From: Calditrichia bacterium
Lineage (GTDB): Bacteria; Calditrichota; Calditrichia; JAJRVZ01
Reading direction: 5' to 3'
Length of the DNA: 64,000 nt
Assembly: GCA_963796965.1 (NCBI GenBank)
Contig: CAWCNS010000008.1
Location: forward strand, 32,001-96,000
Shown one piece after another: positions 51,677 to 61,108 of this stretch. Position numbers and translations under genes: made by a program. Numbering within the stretch: position 1 is the first letter of the stretch; the number at the start of each line of letters is the position of its first letter. The notes beneath the pieces are model-generated. The model was not told the origin of the DNA and searched no databases. It was given only the letters and a program-made list of their open reading frames with translations.

Positions 51677-54142
51677 TTACTTAGTATTTAGTGCCACATA
51701 TTTATCAAGCCACATTGTCATTTCCCAAAGCATATGCATAATCGATTCACGAGAACGATAGCTATGACTTTCTAAGGGTAACATCACCAACCTCGCCGTT
51801 CCACCATGCCCCTTAACAGCATTATAAAATCGTTCACTTTGCATGGGAAAGGTTCCCGAGTTATTATCTGCTTTGCCATGTATAAGTAAGATCGGTTCGT
51901 TAACCTTATCTGCATGCATGAACGGTGACATTTTAAAATAAACATCGGGCACCTCCCAGAGTGTTCTTTCTTCTGCCTGAAATCCGAATGGCGTTAGGGT
52001 CCTGTTATAAGCGCCGCTTCGGGCAATCCCGGCAGCAAAAATATCAGAATGTGCCAATAAATTTGCCGTCATAAACGCACCATAGGAATGCCCGCCGATG
52101 GCAATATGTTCCTTATCCGCAACACCTCGATTAACCACCTCATCAACTGCCGATTGAGCACTGGCCACCAATTGTTCTACATAAGTGTCATTTGGTTCTA
52201 TATCACCCTCACCTATAATTGGCATTGTTGGATCATCCAGCACAGCATACCCCGATACAAGCCAGAGAAGAGGTGTCCACCAACCAATTCTTACAAAACG
52301 ATACGGAGAATCCGAAACCTGCCCTGCCGCATCAGCACTTTTATATTCCTGTGGGTATGCCCACATTAGCAATGGCAATGGCCCATCGTCTCTTTTATAT
52401 TTAGGTGGTAAATATAAGGTCGCTGTCATGGTGACACCATCATTTCGCTTGTAACGAATTTGCTCCTTTTGGACATCTTTTAGTTGCGGTGTGGGATGCC
52501 GGAATTTGGTAATCTGTGACAATCCATTATTTTTAAGATCCATGATAAAATAATTAGGCGGTTCGCTCACTGATTCCCGTCGCATAATCACAGTAAAATT
52601 ATTTATATCCAAAAAATCGATAGGGCGTTCGTAATACGGAGATTTAGAGCGCCATAGACGAACAATCTCTTTCTTCTCAATATTAAAAGAATCAATAAAG
52701 GGCTGGTCACCATCAGGAGATGCCCCGTCTCCAACCCAATATATCGTGTTATTTTGATCATTCATCAATAATATTGCATGACCATTAGGTAATTCTTTCA
52801 TGAGCGGATTGCCCGGGTCATTGTAGCGATCCTCCCAGGACATATCATGGATTAATGTTGTGTCTGGTATTTCTGATGATGGATTTATCTTCCAGGTTCG
52901 GAAACGGCGATCTTTCCACCACCATTCATTGACGATGGCGAAGTCATTGTTTCCCCATAAAACATTCCAGTAGCGCAATTGCAGGGATACAAATACTTTC
53001 GGTTTTTCTGTAAACGGAGCAGAAAAAGTATAAATATGATCTCGAATGGTTGCTTGTACCTTAGGATCTCCCCCATCCTGGGCTTCGGCCCAATAGAGAG
53101 AAGCTGGCTTGTCAGAACGCCAATCAAAGGCACGAGGCCCTGTCGGCACCGCATTAGATCCAATAGGCACCTCCTCTGCTAAAGGCAAGTCCGCAATTTG
53201 TTTTACAATGTTTCCCTTTAAATCCCATATTTCAACACGATAAGGAAAACGATAGGCAGGAACAAGATAGGAAAATGGCCTATGAACGGTTTCTACCAAT
53301 ATATATTTGCCATCAGGAGAAGGGGATATTCTACGTATAATGTCCGGTCTTCCAATGGGTTCAATAACACCTTTAATGGTTACTTTATATACTTGTGCCT
53401 GAAAATGATGTTCAAAGAGTGCTTCGTCATGGCCTGTTTTAAGTAAATCCTGATAAGTTGGGGCAGGTGCTTTTTTACCGCTTGTTTCCTGAACGACTGG
53501 TCCTGTGGGTGCCGTTTTTTCTTCTGGTACCTTTCCAGGGACTTCGGGTACGACTTTGCACAATAAAGTTCTACTGTCCGGAAGCCATGAAAGAGGAGAG
53601 CCATAAACGCTTGATATTTTATTCTTAATCACCATTTTTGCAGACTTTTTCGACACATCAATAATCCATAAATCTTGTCCATTTTTTTTTGAATTTAAAA
53701 AGGCAAGATGATTTCCATCGGGCGCCCAATTTATATTTCGAATTTTTGCGTTTTTTGGTATTCCATCAATTGAAAATTCCTTCCCCGTATTAATGTTCTG
53801 CAATTTAAGACCAGTCATGTACCTGCTGCGACTTTTGCCATGGTTCTGTGGATTCACTCTAATCCCGGCTAAACGAAGTTCCGGCTGTGCCATCTCATCG
53901 ATGGAAATTAAATTTGTATATTCCTGCAACAACATCCATCTGTGAGTTGGATCGATCCGTACATAAGGTATTGGCGGTGTTTCAATGAGATCAGCGATAG
54001 CCTTTGGCGGCATTTGATATTCTGTAATGTTTGAGGTTTGCCCTGTCAGGTCAATCACTATAATAACCGATAACAACAGGATTAAATGCCGTTTAATTGT
54101 AAGAACATCAATGCACTTTTTGATGTTTGAATTGAATTTCAT
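51677..54142 (-). CDS. S9 prolyl oligopeptidase family peptidase (glutamyl endopeptidase-like)
   Basis: ELRLAGIRVNP; WAEAQDGGDP; WAYPQEY; GGHSYGAFMTANLLAHS (nucleophile); RSGAYNRTLTPFGFQ; DNNSGTFP; LP.ESH.Y. Confidence 0.92.
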   Translation of the reverse strand: MKFNSNIKKCIDVLTIKRHLILLLSVIIVIDLTGQTSNITEYQMPPKAIADLIETPPIPYVRIDPTHRWMLLQEYTNLISIDEMAQPELRLAGIRVNPQNHGKSRSRYMTGLKLQNINTGKEFSIDGIPKNAKIRNINWAPDGNHLAFLNSKKNGQDLWIIDVSKKSAKMVIKNKISSVYGSPLSWLPDSRTLLCKVVPEVPGKVPEEKTAPTGPVVQETSGKKAPAPTYQDLLKTGHDEALFEHHFQAQVYKVTIKGVIEPIGRPDIIRRISPSPDGKYILVETVHRPFSYLVPAYRFPYRVEIWDLKGNIVKQIADLPLAEEVPIGSNAVPTGPRAFDWRSDKPASLYWAEAQDGGDPKVQATIRDHIYTFSAPFTEKPKVFVSLQLRYWNVLWGNNDFAIVNEWWWKDRRFRTWKINPSSEIPDTTLIHDMSWEDRYNDPGNPLMKELPNGHAILLMNDQNNTIYWVGDGASPDGDQPFIDSFNIEKKEIVRLWRSKSPYYERPIDFLDINNFTVIMRRESVSEPPNYFIMDLKNNGLSQITKFRHPTPQLKDVQKEQIRYKRNDGVTMTATLYLPPKYKRDDGPLPLLMWAYPQEYKSADAAGQVSDSPYRFVRIGWWTPLLWLVSGYAVLDDPTMPIIGEGDIEPNDTYVEQLVASAQSAVDEVVNRGVADKEHIAIGGHSYGAFMTANLLAHSDIFAAGIARSGAYNRTLTPFGFQAEERTLWEVPDVYFKMSPFMHADKVNEPILLIHGKADNNSGTFPMQSERFYNAVKGHGGTARLVMLPLESHSYRSRESIMHMLWEMTMWLDKYVALNTK

Positions 54143-54312
54143 GCTATAATCTCCTATTTAGAGATCAATGAATTTTTCAAACAGATTTCTAGTACAAATA
54201 TAGAATTTAAAATATTTGAGAATCCGACTTATATATGAAGATAAATATTTTATAAGAAAAAGATAATAGATTTATCACAAAGTTCATAAAGAAATAAGAA
54301 AGTCTCTGAGTG

Positions 54313-54361
54313 ACCACCCCCTTATTCCCCTCCTTACAAAGGAGGGGAATAAGGGGGTGGT
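54313..54361. repeat. REP-like 49-bp perfect palindrome (23-bp stem, 3-nt loop)
   Basis: ACCACCCCCTTATTCCCCTCCTT-ACA-AAGGAGGGGAATAAGGGGGTGGT, followed by AATTGTATTCTTTTTCCTTT. Confidence 0.9.
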
Positions 54362-54433
54362 AATTGTATTCTTTTTCCTTTTGTAAAGGTAAAAAACTAG
54401 ATAAATTGGGTGGCATCACCTGAATTTGTCATT

Positions 54434-56836
54434 TTAGTGTTTCTGCCTTTTTCTGAATAATAAATGCCATGCCAGAAATGGTGTCATCATAGCAGCGCCT
54501 ATTTGCTTTCCCGGATCGCCTATAAATTGCATACCAATATTATACTCAAAAGGATTATCGTTTATCAGATAGGTCCATGTTGCCGATGGTGCTTTTATTC
54601 CTAATTTCTTCAAATCCACGCCATTATTATCAATGTGAATCATATTAAATTTTCGCATTAATTGACTATCTAACTTTTTCATGAGTTGATCAAAAATTTT
54701 AATGGCCAGTTTTTGAAATTCGATATAGGGATCTTGCCCCCCAACACGCTTTAAATGAATGCTTTCGCGAATTTCAGCTATGTCGGCCAGATAGTGCTGC
54801 CAATAAGTATCTATTAGATAGAACGAAATTAACTGACAAATACGATTCAAGTCTTTGTCACCAATTAACGAATTAAATTTATTAAATTTTTCCGGTGATT
54901 CCTGTTTAAAAAAATCTGAATCTGAATTATTGTATAATATACTTTTTCGTCTGTTAAAAAGAATCGTACGTTGCTTTTCTATTAGAGAAGCGTATTTATT
55001 GAGTGTTATTTTTATATCAAGGTTTTGACCTTCACAAATACGTTGAATTCGGGCTACTTCTTTTCTAATAACCGGGCTGTCGATTTTACCATTTTGAACC
55101 ATGGGCAACGTATTTGCAGGAAGTAGTTCGATTAACCGATATTTAATAAACAATTCGTCTTCCAGACTAATGATAAGGCGTGATGCTCCCGGATCTCCCT
55201 GCCGGCCGGCCCGTCCACAGAGTTGGTGATCTATTCGTTGGCTTTCATGTTTGTTTGTACCAAGCACATATAGACCACCCAAATCCATAACGTGTTGTTT
55301 TTCTTTTTCGTTAGAGCCACCCAAACGGATATCTGTTCCCCGCCCTGCCATATTAGTAGATATGGTGATAGCGCCTAATTTACCTGCCTGAGCGATAATT
55401 TGGGCTTCATATTCATCACGTTTTGCATTAAGTACTTCACATTTTATATGATGGGATTGTAATGCTTTTGCAAATAAATCCGATTCTTCCACACTTCGTG
55501 TACCTACAAGTATGGGACGCATGGTTTTATGAATCCTGACGATTTCATCAATGATATATTTCTCTTTATGTGCTTTTGTTCCGAAAATGATATCCTGATG
55601 ATCTATCCGAATGCAGGGTTTGTTGGACGGGATTACCACAATATGAAGATCATAAAATGAGCGTAACTCTTCTTCAGCAGGCTGTGCCGTGGCGGTCATG
55701 CCACAAATCTTTGGGTAAAGTTGTACAAAATTTTGCAGCGTTATCGCGTTTAGGATATTTCCCCTGGATTGAATATCAATATTTTCTTTTGCCTCGATGG
55801 CAGCCTGTAAACCATCGGGCCAACGTCTCTTATCGGCAACACGGCCAGTAAAATCATCAACCAGTTCAATTTTACCCTTACGAATGATATAATCAACATC
55901 TTTATGTAACAGGTATTCTGCGTGGAGAGCACAATTTAAGCGTAGGAGTAAATCATAACTATCCTGAGCATAGAGATTATCACATTTTAATAGTCTTTCA
56001 ACATGATCCTGGCCGATATCCGTCAGATGGATATTCCTGGCAAATTCATCAAATTCAAAATCAATACTTTTTTCCAGTTTCCGCACTATGTCTGCCATAT
56101 AATAGGTATCTGCCAGGTAATCATCTGATGCACCGGCAATAACAAGTGGGATGCGTGCTTCATCAATTAAAATAGAATCCGCCTCGTCAATGATAGCGAA
56201 ATGGAATAATCTATGAACGCGTTCATCTTTCTCATAACAAAGACTATCACGGAGAAAGTCAAAACCCGCTTCTTTCGCAGTTAAATACGTAATATCTGCG
56301 GCATAAGCATCCTGGCGTTCTTTAATGCTCATTCCTTCCTGAACATAACCTACCTTTAGACCTAAATATTGATATATGGGCCCCATCCATTGCGCATCGC
56401 GGCGCGCCAGATAATCATTAAAGGTAAGAACATGAACCCCTTTCCCGGTGAGTGCAGAAAGATAGGCCGGAAATACGGCAGTCAGGGTTTTACCTTCTCC
56501 GGTTTGCATTTCGATAAGTTTGCCTTGCTGCAGCGCTAAAGCACCAAGCAATTGCACATCATAGGGATGTAATTTCAACACCCGCCACACCACCTCAAGA
56601 ACAAGAGCAAAAGCCTCAATGACCTGAGAATCTGTAAAACCTTCATTTTTTACTTTTGATTTTAAATTTTCGGATATCTGCTGAAGCTGATGATCTGTCT
56701 TATTTTCTAATGTTCGCTTGAGGTTTTTGATTTGATCTAAGATGGTATAATAATTTGAAAGATCATAGACGATGGTGGAGCCATTAATACGCTGATATAT
56801 ATGTTTGACTTTTGTTTTTAATGTTTTTAGTGTCAT
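54434..56836 (-). CDS. secA2: Accessory preprotein translocase ATPase SecA2 (actinobacterial-type)
   Basis: PYDVQ; EMQTGEGKT; NDYLARRD; DEADSILIDEARIPL; GMTATA; TNMAGRGTDI; QLCGRAGRQGDPG; SLED; C-terminal PSATWTYLINDNPF; no zinc-binding tail; 800 aa. Confidence 0.88.
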   Translation of the reverse strand: MTLKTLKTKVKHIYQRINGSTIVYDLSNYYTILDQIKNLKRTLENKTDHQLQQISENLKSKVKNEGFTDSQVIEAFALVLEVVWRVLKLHPYDVQLLGALALQQGKLIEMQTGEGKTLTAVFPAYLSALTGKGVHVLTFNDYLARRDAQWMGPIYQYLGLKVGYVQEGMSIKERQDAYAADITYLTAKEAGFDFLRDSLCYEKDERVHRLFHFAIIDEADSILIDEARIPLVIAGASDDYLADTYYMADIVRKLEKSIDFEFDEFARNIHLTDIGQDHVERLLKCDNLYAQDSYDLLLRLNCALHAEYLLHKDVDYIIRKGKIELVDDFTGRVADKRRWPDGLQAAIEAKENIDIQSRGNILNAITLQNFVQLYPKICGMTATAQPAEEELRSFYDLHIVVIPSNKPCIRIDHQDIIFGTKAHKEKYIIDEIVRIHKTMRPILVGTRSVEESDLFAKALQSHHIKCEVLNAKRDEYEAQIIAQAGKLGAITISTNMAGRGTDIRLGGSNEKEKQHVMDLGGLYVLGTNKHESQRIDHQLCGRAGRQGDPGASRLIISLEDELFIKYRLIELLPANTLPMVQNGKIDSPVIRKEVARIQRICEGQNLDIKITLNKYASLIEKQRTILFNRRKSILYNNSDSDFFKQESPEKFNKFNSLIGDKDLNRICQLISFYLIDTYWQHYLADIAEIRESIHLKRVGGQDPYIEFQKLAIKIFDQLMKKLDSQLMRKFNMIHIDNNGVDLKKLGIKAPSATWTYLINDNPFEYNIGMQFIGDPGKQIGAAMMTPFLAWHLLFRKRQKH

Positions 56837-56950
56837 GGCATTGCCCTCTTTGATGATTAGCTCATTAATATTTGGCTATTCATTGGTCAAATAATCCTAC
56901 CCGGATATATTTGCAAAGGATTATTTTTTCTGATGAACGCAGGTATATAC

Positions 56951-57014
56951 GGGCGAGGCATACCCGAACAAAATTTCGAATAGTCCTAAAATATTTACTC
57001 GGAATGCTTCGCCC
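56951..57014. repeat. REP/REPIN-like inverted repeat pair
   Basis: GGGCGAGGCATACCCGA ... TCGGAATGCTTCGCCC; the arms are near reverse complements. Confidence 0.65.
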
Positions 57015-57077
57015 CAACGATCCAAACTTACAAATTAAGAATTTTACAACTTTATAAGTTTGATTGAATCAAATACC

Positions 57078-57512
57078 TTAGCAACAAACATAGGGCACAG
57101 GATTATCATCAGAGGATTTATGACAAATATTTTTCTTTTGAAGGATTTTTATGATTTTTGTTTTTGGAAAATAGATCGGAGATAAATTAAAAGAGTAATC
57201 TAAAAAATCATAAATGGTAAAATTAAGAGTTGACTGATTTGGAGTATAATTTACACCATTAATTGGAGTAATAATGTTCTGGTAGGTATTAAGGGAAGAA
57301 AATTTATAGAATAACAAGTCCGGATTATCGTTGGGATCGACAACAAATTCTGGGTAGGTTTTCTCTGAATAATTCGAATAATCAACACACCTGTTTGTTT
57401 CACTTTCCTGTTTTATTAAATGGATAAAAGTAACAAGAAGAAAGAAAATTGTCAGGATATAATTTATCTGTTGTTTGTTCTGCAATATCATTTTTGTCAT
57501 TACCCGCCTCAT
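57078..57512 (-). CDS. Hypothetical exported or membrane-anchored protein upstream of secA2 (candidate leader)
   Basis: 144-aa ORF with N-terminal hydrophobic INYILTIFFLLVTFIHL; C-terminus IIKILQKKNICHKSSDDNPVPYVCC. Confidence 0.6.
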   Translation of the reverse strand: MRRVMTKMILQNKQQINYILTIFFLLVTFIHLIKQESETNRCVDYSNYSEKTYPEFVVDPNDNPDLLFYKFSSLNTYQNIITPINGVNYTPNQSTLNFTIYDFLDYSFNLSPIYFPKTKIIKILQKKNICHKSSDDNPVPYVCC

Positions 57513-57600
57513 TCAAGACTAAAATAATAACTTGTTCACCTAGACACAACTTTTAAAATAAATGAACTATCCAACCGCGAATAAAGAAATGCTCTAAAAC

Positions 57601-57640
57601 TGAATATCCACGAGGCAGAGCCTCGAGGAACTCTTCAGAT
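57601..57640. repeat. Isolated hairpin resembling an IS200/IS605 end palindrome
   Basis: TCCACGAGGC-AGA-GCCTCGAGGA; no transposase nearby. Confidence 0.4.
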
Positions 57641-57716
57641 TAAATAAAGTACTTGTTAGTTCTCAGAATTTATAATCTTAAAAGATAATGAGTTTTCCAC
57701 GAATTAAATTTTTATA

Positions 57717-58517
57717 TCATTCGTTTAAACTTGAATTAAAATTGTATAGAATCTCATTTAAATCAATTCTGTATACGTCAACAAATAGTTTTTTATAGGT
57801 CTCGGGGTTCGTGATATATTTTTTTAAATAACGTTGTAATTTTTTAATTCCATATGTATCAATAAGAAATTCAATAAAATATCTATAATAACTATAGTTT
57901 AACTTCAATTCTGGAAGTGACATATTTAAGGGATTTTTTTCATGAAGGTCCTTAACAGAGAGGTTATTCCTTTTTATTATTTTGATGAGTTCATTTTTGC
58001 TGTAAAAACTACGTCCACTGAAATATTCAGCTATTCCTTCTGCCAACCAGCCCTGTTCGTGGATCATCATCGCCTTTTTAAAGGAGGTGTTTTGATCAAT
58101 GAGTAAATGTGATAATTCATGTTTCAAATAGGGGGCTATACCTGAGGGCGATTTTCGTGCTGTGGGTCCGATATAGATCAAATTGGCCGGGCTTAGTGAT
58201 ACGGAATAGCCGGATCCTTTCAGCCAGGGCAGGTATCGTCTCATATTACTGTCTTTGTTTAAGATGATAATCTTGAAATTATCAACATATTTTAAATCAT
58301 GAAATTTTTCTTCCTCTTGTATAACCTCATTAATCCGATAAACCATCGAATCTTTTTCTGTCATATCCGTGATATAGATGGTCGCTTTTGATGAAATTAT
58401 TTTTTTATAACCTATTTTTATAGGATTCCAGGGAAATAGCGGACCCCAAAACAAGTAAAACAGGATGGACATTAATGCCAATATGAGGAGATATCTTTTT
58501 TTTAATTTGATTCTCAT
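57717..58517 (-). CDS. Gluzincin/peptidase MA-like protein
   Basis: LKHELSH (HExxH) with downstream WLAEGIAEY; N-terminal membrane anchor. Confidence 0.75.
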   Translation of the reverse strand: MRIKLKKRYLLILALMSILFYLFWGPLFPWNPIKIGYKKIISSKATIYITDMTEKDSMVYRINEVIQEEEKFHDLKYVDNFKIIILNKDSNMRRYLPWLKGSGYSVSLSPANLIYIGPTARKSPSGIAPYLKHELSHLLIDQNTSFKKAMMIHEQGWLAEGIAEYFSGRSFYSKNELIKIIKRNNLSVKDLHEKNPLNMSLPELKLNYSYYRYFIEFLIDTYGIKKLQRYLKKYITNPETYKKLFVDVYRIDLNEILYNFNSSLNE

Positions 58518-58562
58518 TGAATTAAAATCAGGTTTTATATGAATTGATTTAGAATTAGGTTA

Positions 58563-58946
58563 CTAATACATGGCATTTCCATTTTCAGACTTGTCAGGTA
58601 TTTGCTGCATGGAATCCCAATGCTCTACTATTTTCCCGTTTTCATCAAATCGAAAGAAATCCATGGTGACGTATTCATCATCTCCCGGCCAGGTTTGATG
58701 GGTATGAAGGGCGACAAGATCACCTTCAGCAACGGAGCGGACAAATTCAATACTCTTTTCCGGATATTCTTTTGCCATTTTTTCAAAATAAGTGATAAAG
58801 GGCTCTTTTCCATCTCCCACAAGGGGGTTATGCTGAATATATTTATCTCCCACATATTGTTCAACAGCTCTGCGTGGATTTCCTTCATAGGCCATTAGAT
58901 AAAAGGCAATGGCATTTTGCTTATTCATTTCTAAATTTTGTTTCAT
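58563..58946 (-). CDS. SnoaL-like/NTF2-like protein
   Basis: YIQHNP..DGK; AEGDLVALH; MDFFRFDENGKIVEHWD. Confidence 0.9.
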   Translation of the reverse strand: MKQNLEMNKQNAIAFYLMAYEGNPRRAVEQYVGDKYIQHNPLVGDGKEPFITYFEKMAKEYPEKSIEFVRSVAEGDLVALHTHQTWPGDDEYVTMDFFRFDENGKIVEHWDSMQQIPDKSENGNAMY

Positions 58947-59422
58947 TTCTTCACCTCATTTTTCTAGAATAAAGGATAAAAACAACCGCTTTAGAAACCT
59001 CTTTAAAATCGTGTCACCACCTGACCGAATGATTCAATTCACCTGTCCCTGCGTTGTTCGCGGTTTAAATAGGGTGGACTCCCCAGCTTGAGATCACCGT
59101 TTGTGGCCCCAAGATTTTAAATTCCTCATCGCAAAATTGCATTAAGAAATCTTCTTCAACACTCTTTTTGTGATTCTCTGTGGCCGGGCTATAAATTCAT
59201 TTAATATTGACCCTATAATAACAATTATTTATTGTTTTGGAAAGAGCAAAAATGTATGAAATATTGGAGGAGCAAGGATTACAGTTTTCCGGATGTGTCT
59301 CAAGAAAATGTTTCGTAGATGAGGAAGGATAAAATCACGCCATGCCTATCGCAAATCTCAAATCACATATCCCACATCCCACATCCCCTTGAATTCACCT
59401 GCTCATTCACGTAAACTTACCC

Positions 59423-59719
59423 ATGAACTTCGAAGAAAAACATCCTGCTGAGATCCAGTTCCGGAAAATGATTGTGGACGTCAATGACTTTCTGAATAAA
59501 TATGAAAATAAATTTTTAGATGGTGATGAAAAGGAAGCCTTGAAAAGAGCGCTTGATGAGATGAGACAGAAAATAGATGCGATCCAGGAAAAGCGCTATT
59601 TTCAGTATGGGGGTGAGGATGGGATTCCGGTCAATATGCCGGAGGAAGAAAGGGATTTGCAGATGGAATTGACTGATCTGCAACGGAAAATATTAAAATG
59701 TTTGAGTGGGTTGGATTGA
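59423..59719 (+). CDS. Small acidic helical hypothetical protein; only plausible plus-strand gene
   Basis: 98-aa ORF in an otherwise empty intergenic gap, with charged amphipathic-helix composition. Confidence 0.6.
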   Translation: MNFEEKHPAEIQFRKMIVDVNDFLNKYENKFLDGDEKEALKRALDEMRQKIDAIQEKRYFQYGGEDGIPVNMPEEERDLQMELTDLQRKILKCLSGLD

Positions 59720-59919
59720 GATCATTGTTGGAGAAATGATAAACACAAAGTTCACTAAGTATTCGCAAAGTTCATAAAGTTCATAAAGATTAATATTAAA
59801 TTCACTACTAGGATTCAAGCAACAATAATGCTGTTTATATTTTGTATTTTGTATTAACTATTTTTTATTATTTTTTGCTCCGCGCCTCTGCGAGCGAAAA
59901 AAAATGATTACAAAGAGCA

Positions 59920-60276
59920 CTAGGAGATCAATACAAGCATCAATCCGATAGCAGCGGGAACCGCCTGAATATAGAGTATCTTTTTATTGGCGGTCGCAGC
60001 CCCAAAGATACCAGCAATAATGATACAGATTAGAAAAAAGATCTTGATTTCGATACCACCCGCACCACGTAAAAGTCCCCAGAGTAAACCAGCAGCCAGA
60101 AATCCATTATAAAGACCCTGGTTGGCAGCAAGGACTTTTGACTTTGTGGCCGCTTCCTTTGTTTGACCAAAAGCTTTTAACCCCATAGGTTTATCCCAGA
60201 GGAACATTTCCAAAATCAAAATATATATATGTAGGAGTGCTACTATTAAAATCACCAAATCAGCTGCTATAGACAT
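59920..60276 (-). CDS. DUF1304 family membrane protein
   Basis: ALLHIYILILEMFLW; LAANQGLYNGFLAAGL; GAAT; IQAVPA. Confidence 0.9.
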   Translation of the reverse strand: MSIAADLVILIVALLHIYILILEMFLWDKPMGLKAFGQTKEAATKSKVLAANQGLYNGFLAAGLLWGLLRGAGGIEIKIFFLICIIIAGIFGAATANKKILYIQAVPAAIGLMLVLIS

Positions 60277-61058
60277 TGAATCACCTTTCCTGCTGGCAAT
60301 ACGGCCACAGTTTCTATGGATGTCAGTTCTTTTAATAATTTATCCAAAACGTCAGAATTCAACGGTCCCCAACCTTCCTCATCCAGACCATGGGTATTAT
60401 AGATCAGCCAGCCAGATGGTTTTGATAATAATTCATCTATTTTTGATCTTAAATCCTGATCAATATTTCCGGGTCCAAAACTGCCCGTGGTAAGTTTTAC
60501 CGTCTCTTTATGTGGCAGCGGATTTATCATTTTGCCATAGGTTCTGAACGCCCTTACCTTGGTGATAAGCCATTCCTCAAGTTCAGGTGATGATGCATTA
60601 AAAGGAAAATTAAATATGGCCTTTTGTGCATCAAAGCCCTTTAATTCTCGGTTAAATATATCCAGACAACGTAAGATCAGATCTTTTGCTTCTTTCAAGG
60701 GCATTTTACGGAGATGGGCATGCCTGTAACCATGGGGCATAATTTCATGTCCCCTATCCAGTAATTCATTCCATAAATCAAAATCCCCCACAGGCCATTT
60801 ATGGTATTCATTGGGCAGTTCAAAATTTTTTGAATAAGCAGCGGCGATGACATTGATACAGGCTGATAAGCCGTATTTTTCATAAATCTCAGCCGTTTTT
60901 ATACTTGATTTTTTAAATCCATCATCAAAACTTAACGTTACAATATGTGTCTTTTCCTGCTTGTGGGATCCACAACTTGCTAAACTTAAGGGTAAAGATA
61001 ATGAAGCACATCCCAATCCTATTCTGTTAACAAAATGTCTTCTTTTCATTTTTGGCAT
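60267..61058 (-). CDS. Polysaccharide deacetylase (CE4/NodB-like), Tat-lipoprotein signal
   Basis: MKRRHFV..LASC; TLSFDDG; GHEIMPHGYRH; FNFPF; NTHG. Confidence 0.82.
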   Translation of the reverse strand: MPKMKRRHFVNRIGLGCASLSLPLSLASCGSHKQEKTHIVTLSFDDGFKKSSIKTAEIYEKYGLSACINVIAAAYSKNFELPNEYHKWPVGDFDLWNELLDRGHEIMPHGYRHAHLRKMPLKEAKDLILRCLDIFNRELKGFDAQKAIFNFPFNASSPELEEWLITKVRAFRTYGKMINPLPHKETVKLTTGSFGPGNIDQDLRSKIDELLSKPSGWLIYNTHGLDEEGWGPLNSDVLDKLLKELTSIETVAVLPAGKVIQCL

Positions 61059-61108
61059 ATCTGGGTAAAATCCTTTCCCACCTTCTTCATTTCTAGAAAA
61101 AAGATAAC

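Noticed and set aside
26435..54361. The 49-bp palindromes as CRISPR repeats or rho-independent terminators
   Set aside because: Copies are kilobases apart. On the coding (minus) strand the stems are not followed by a clear U-tract.
54207..54419. ORFs 54207..54419, 49234..49419, 18404..18625 and the 5' extension of 60267..61133
   Set aside because: These are translations of palindromes or tandem repeats, with no protein-family features.
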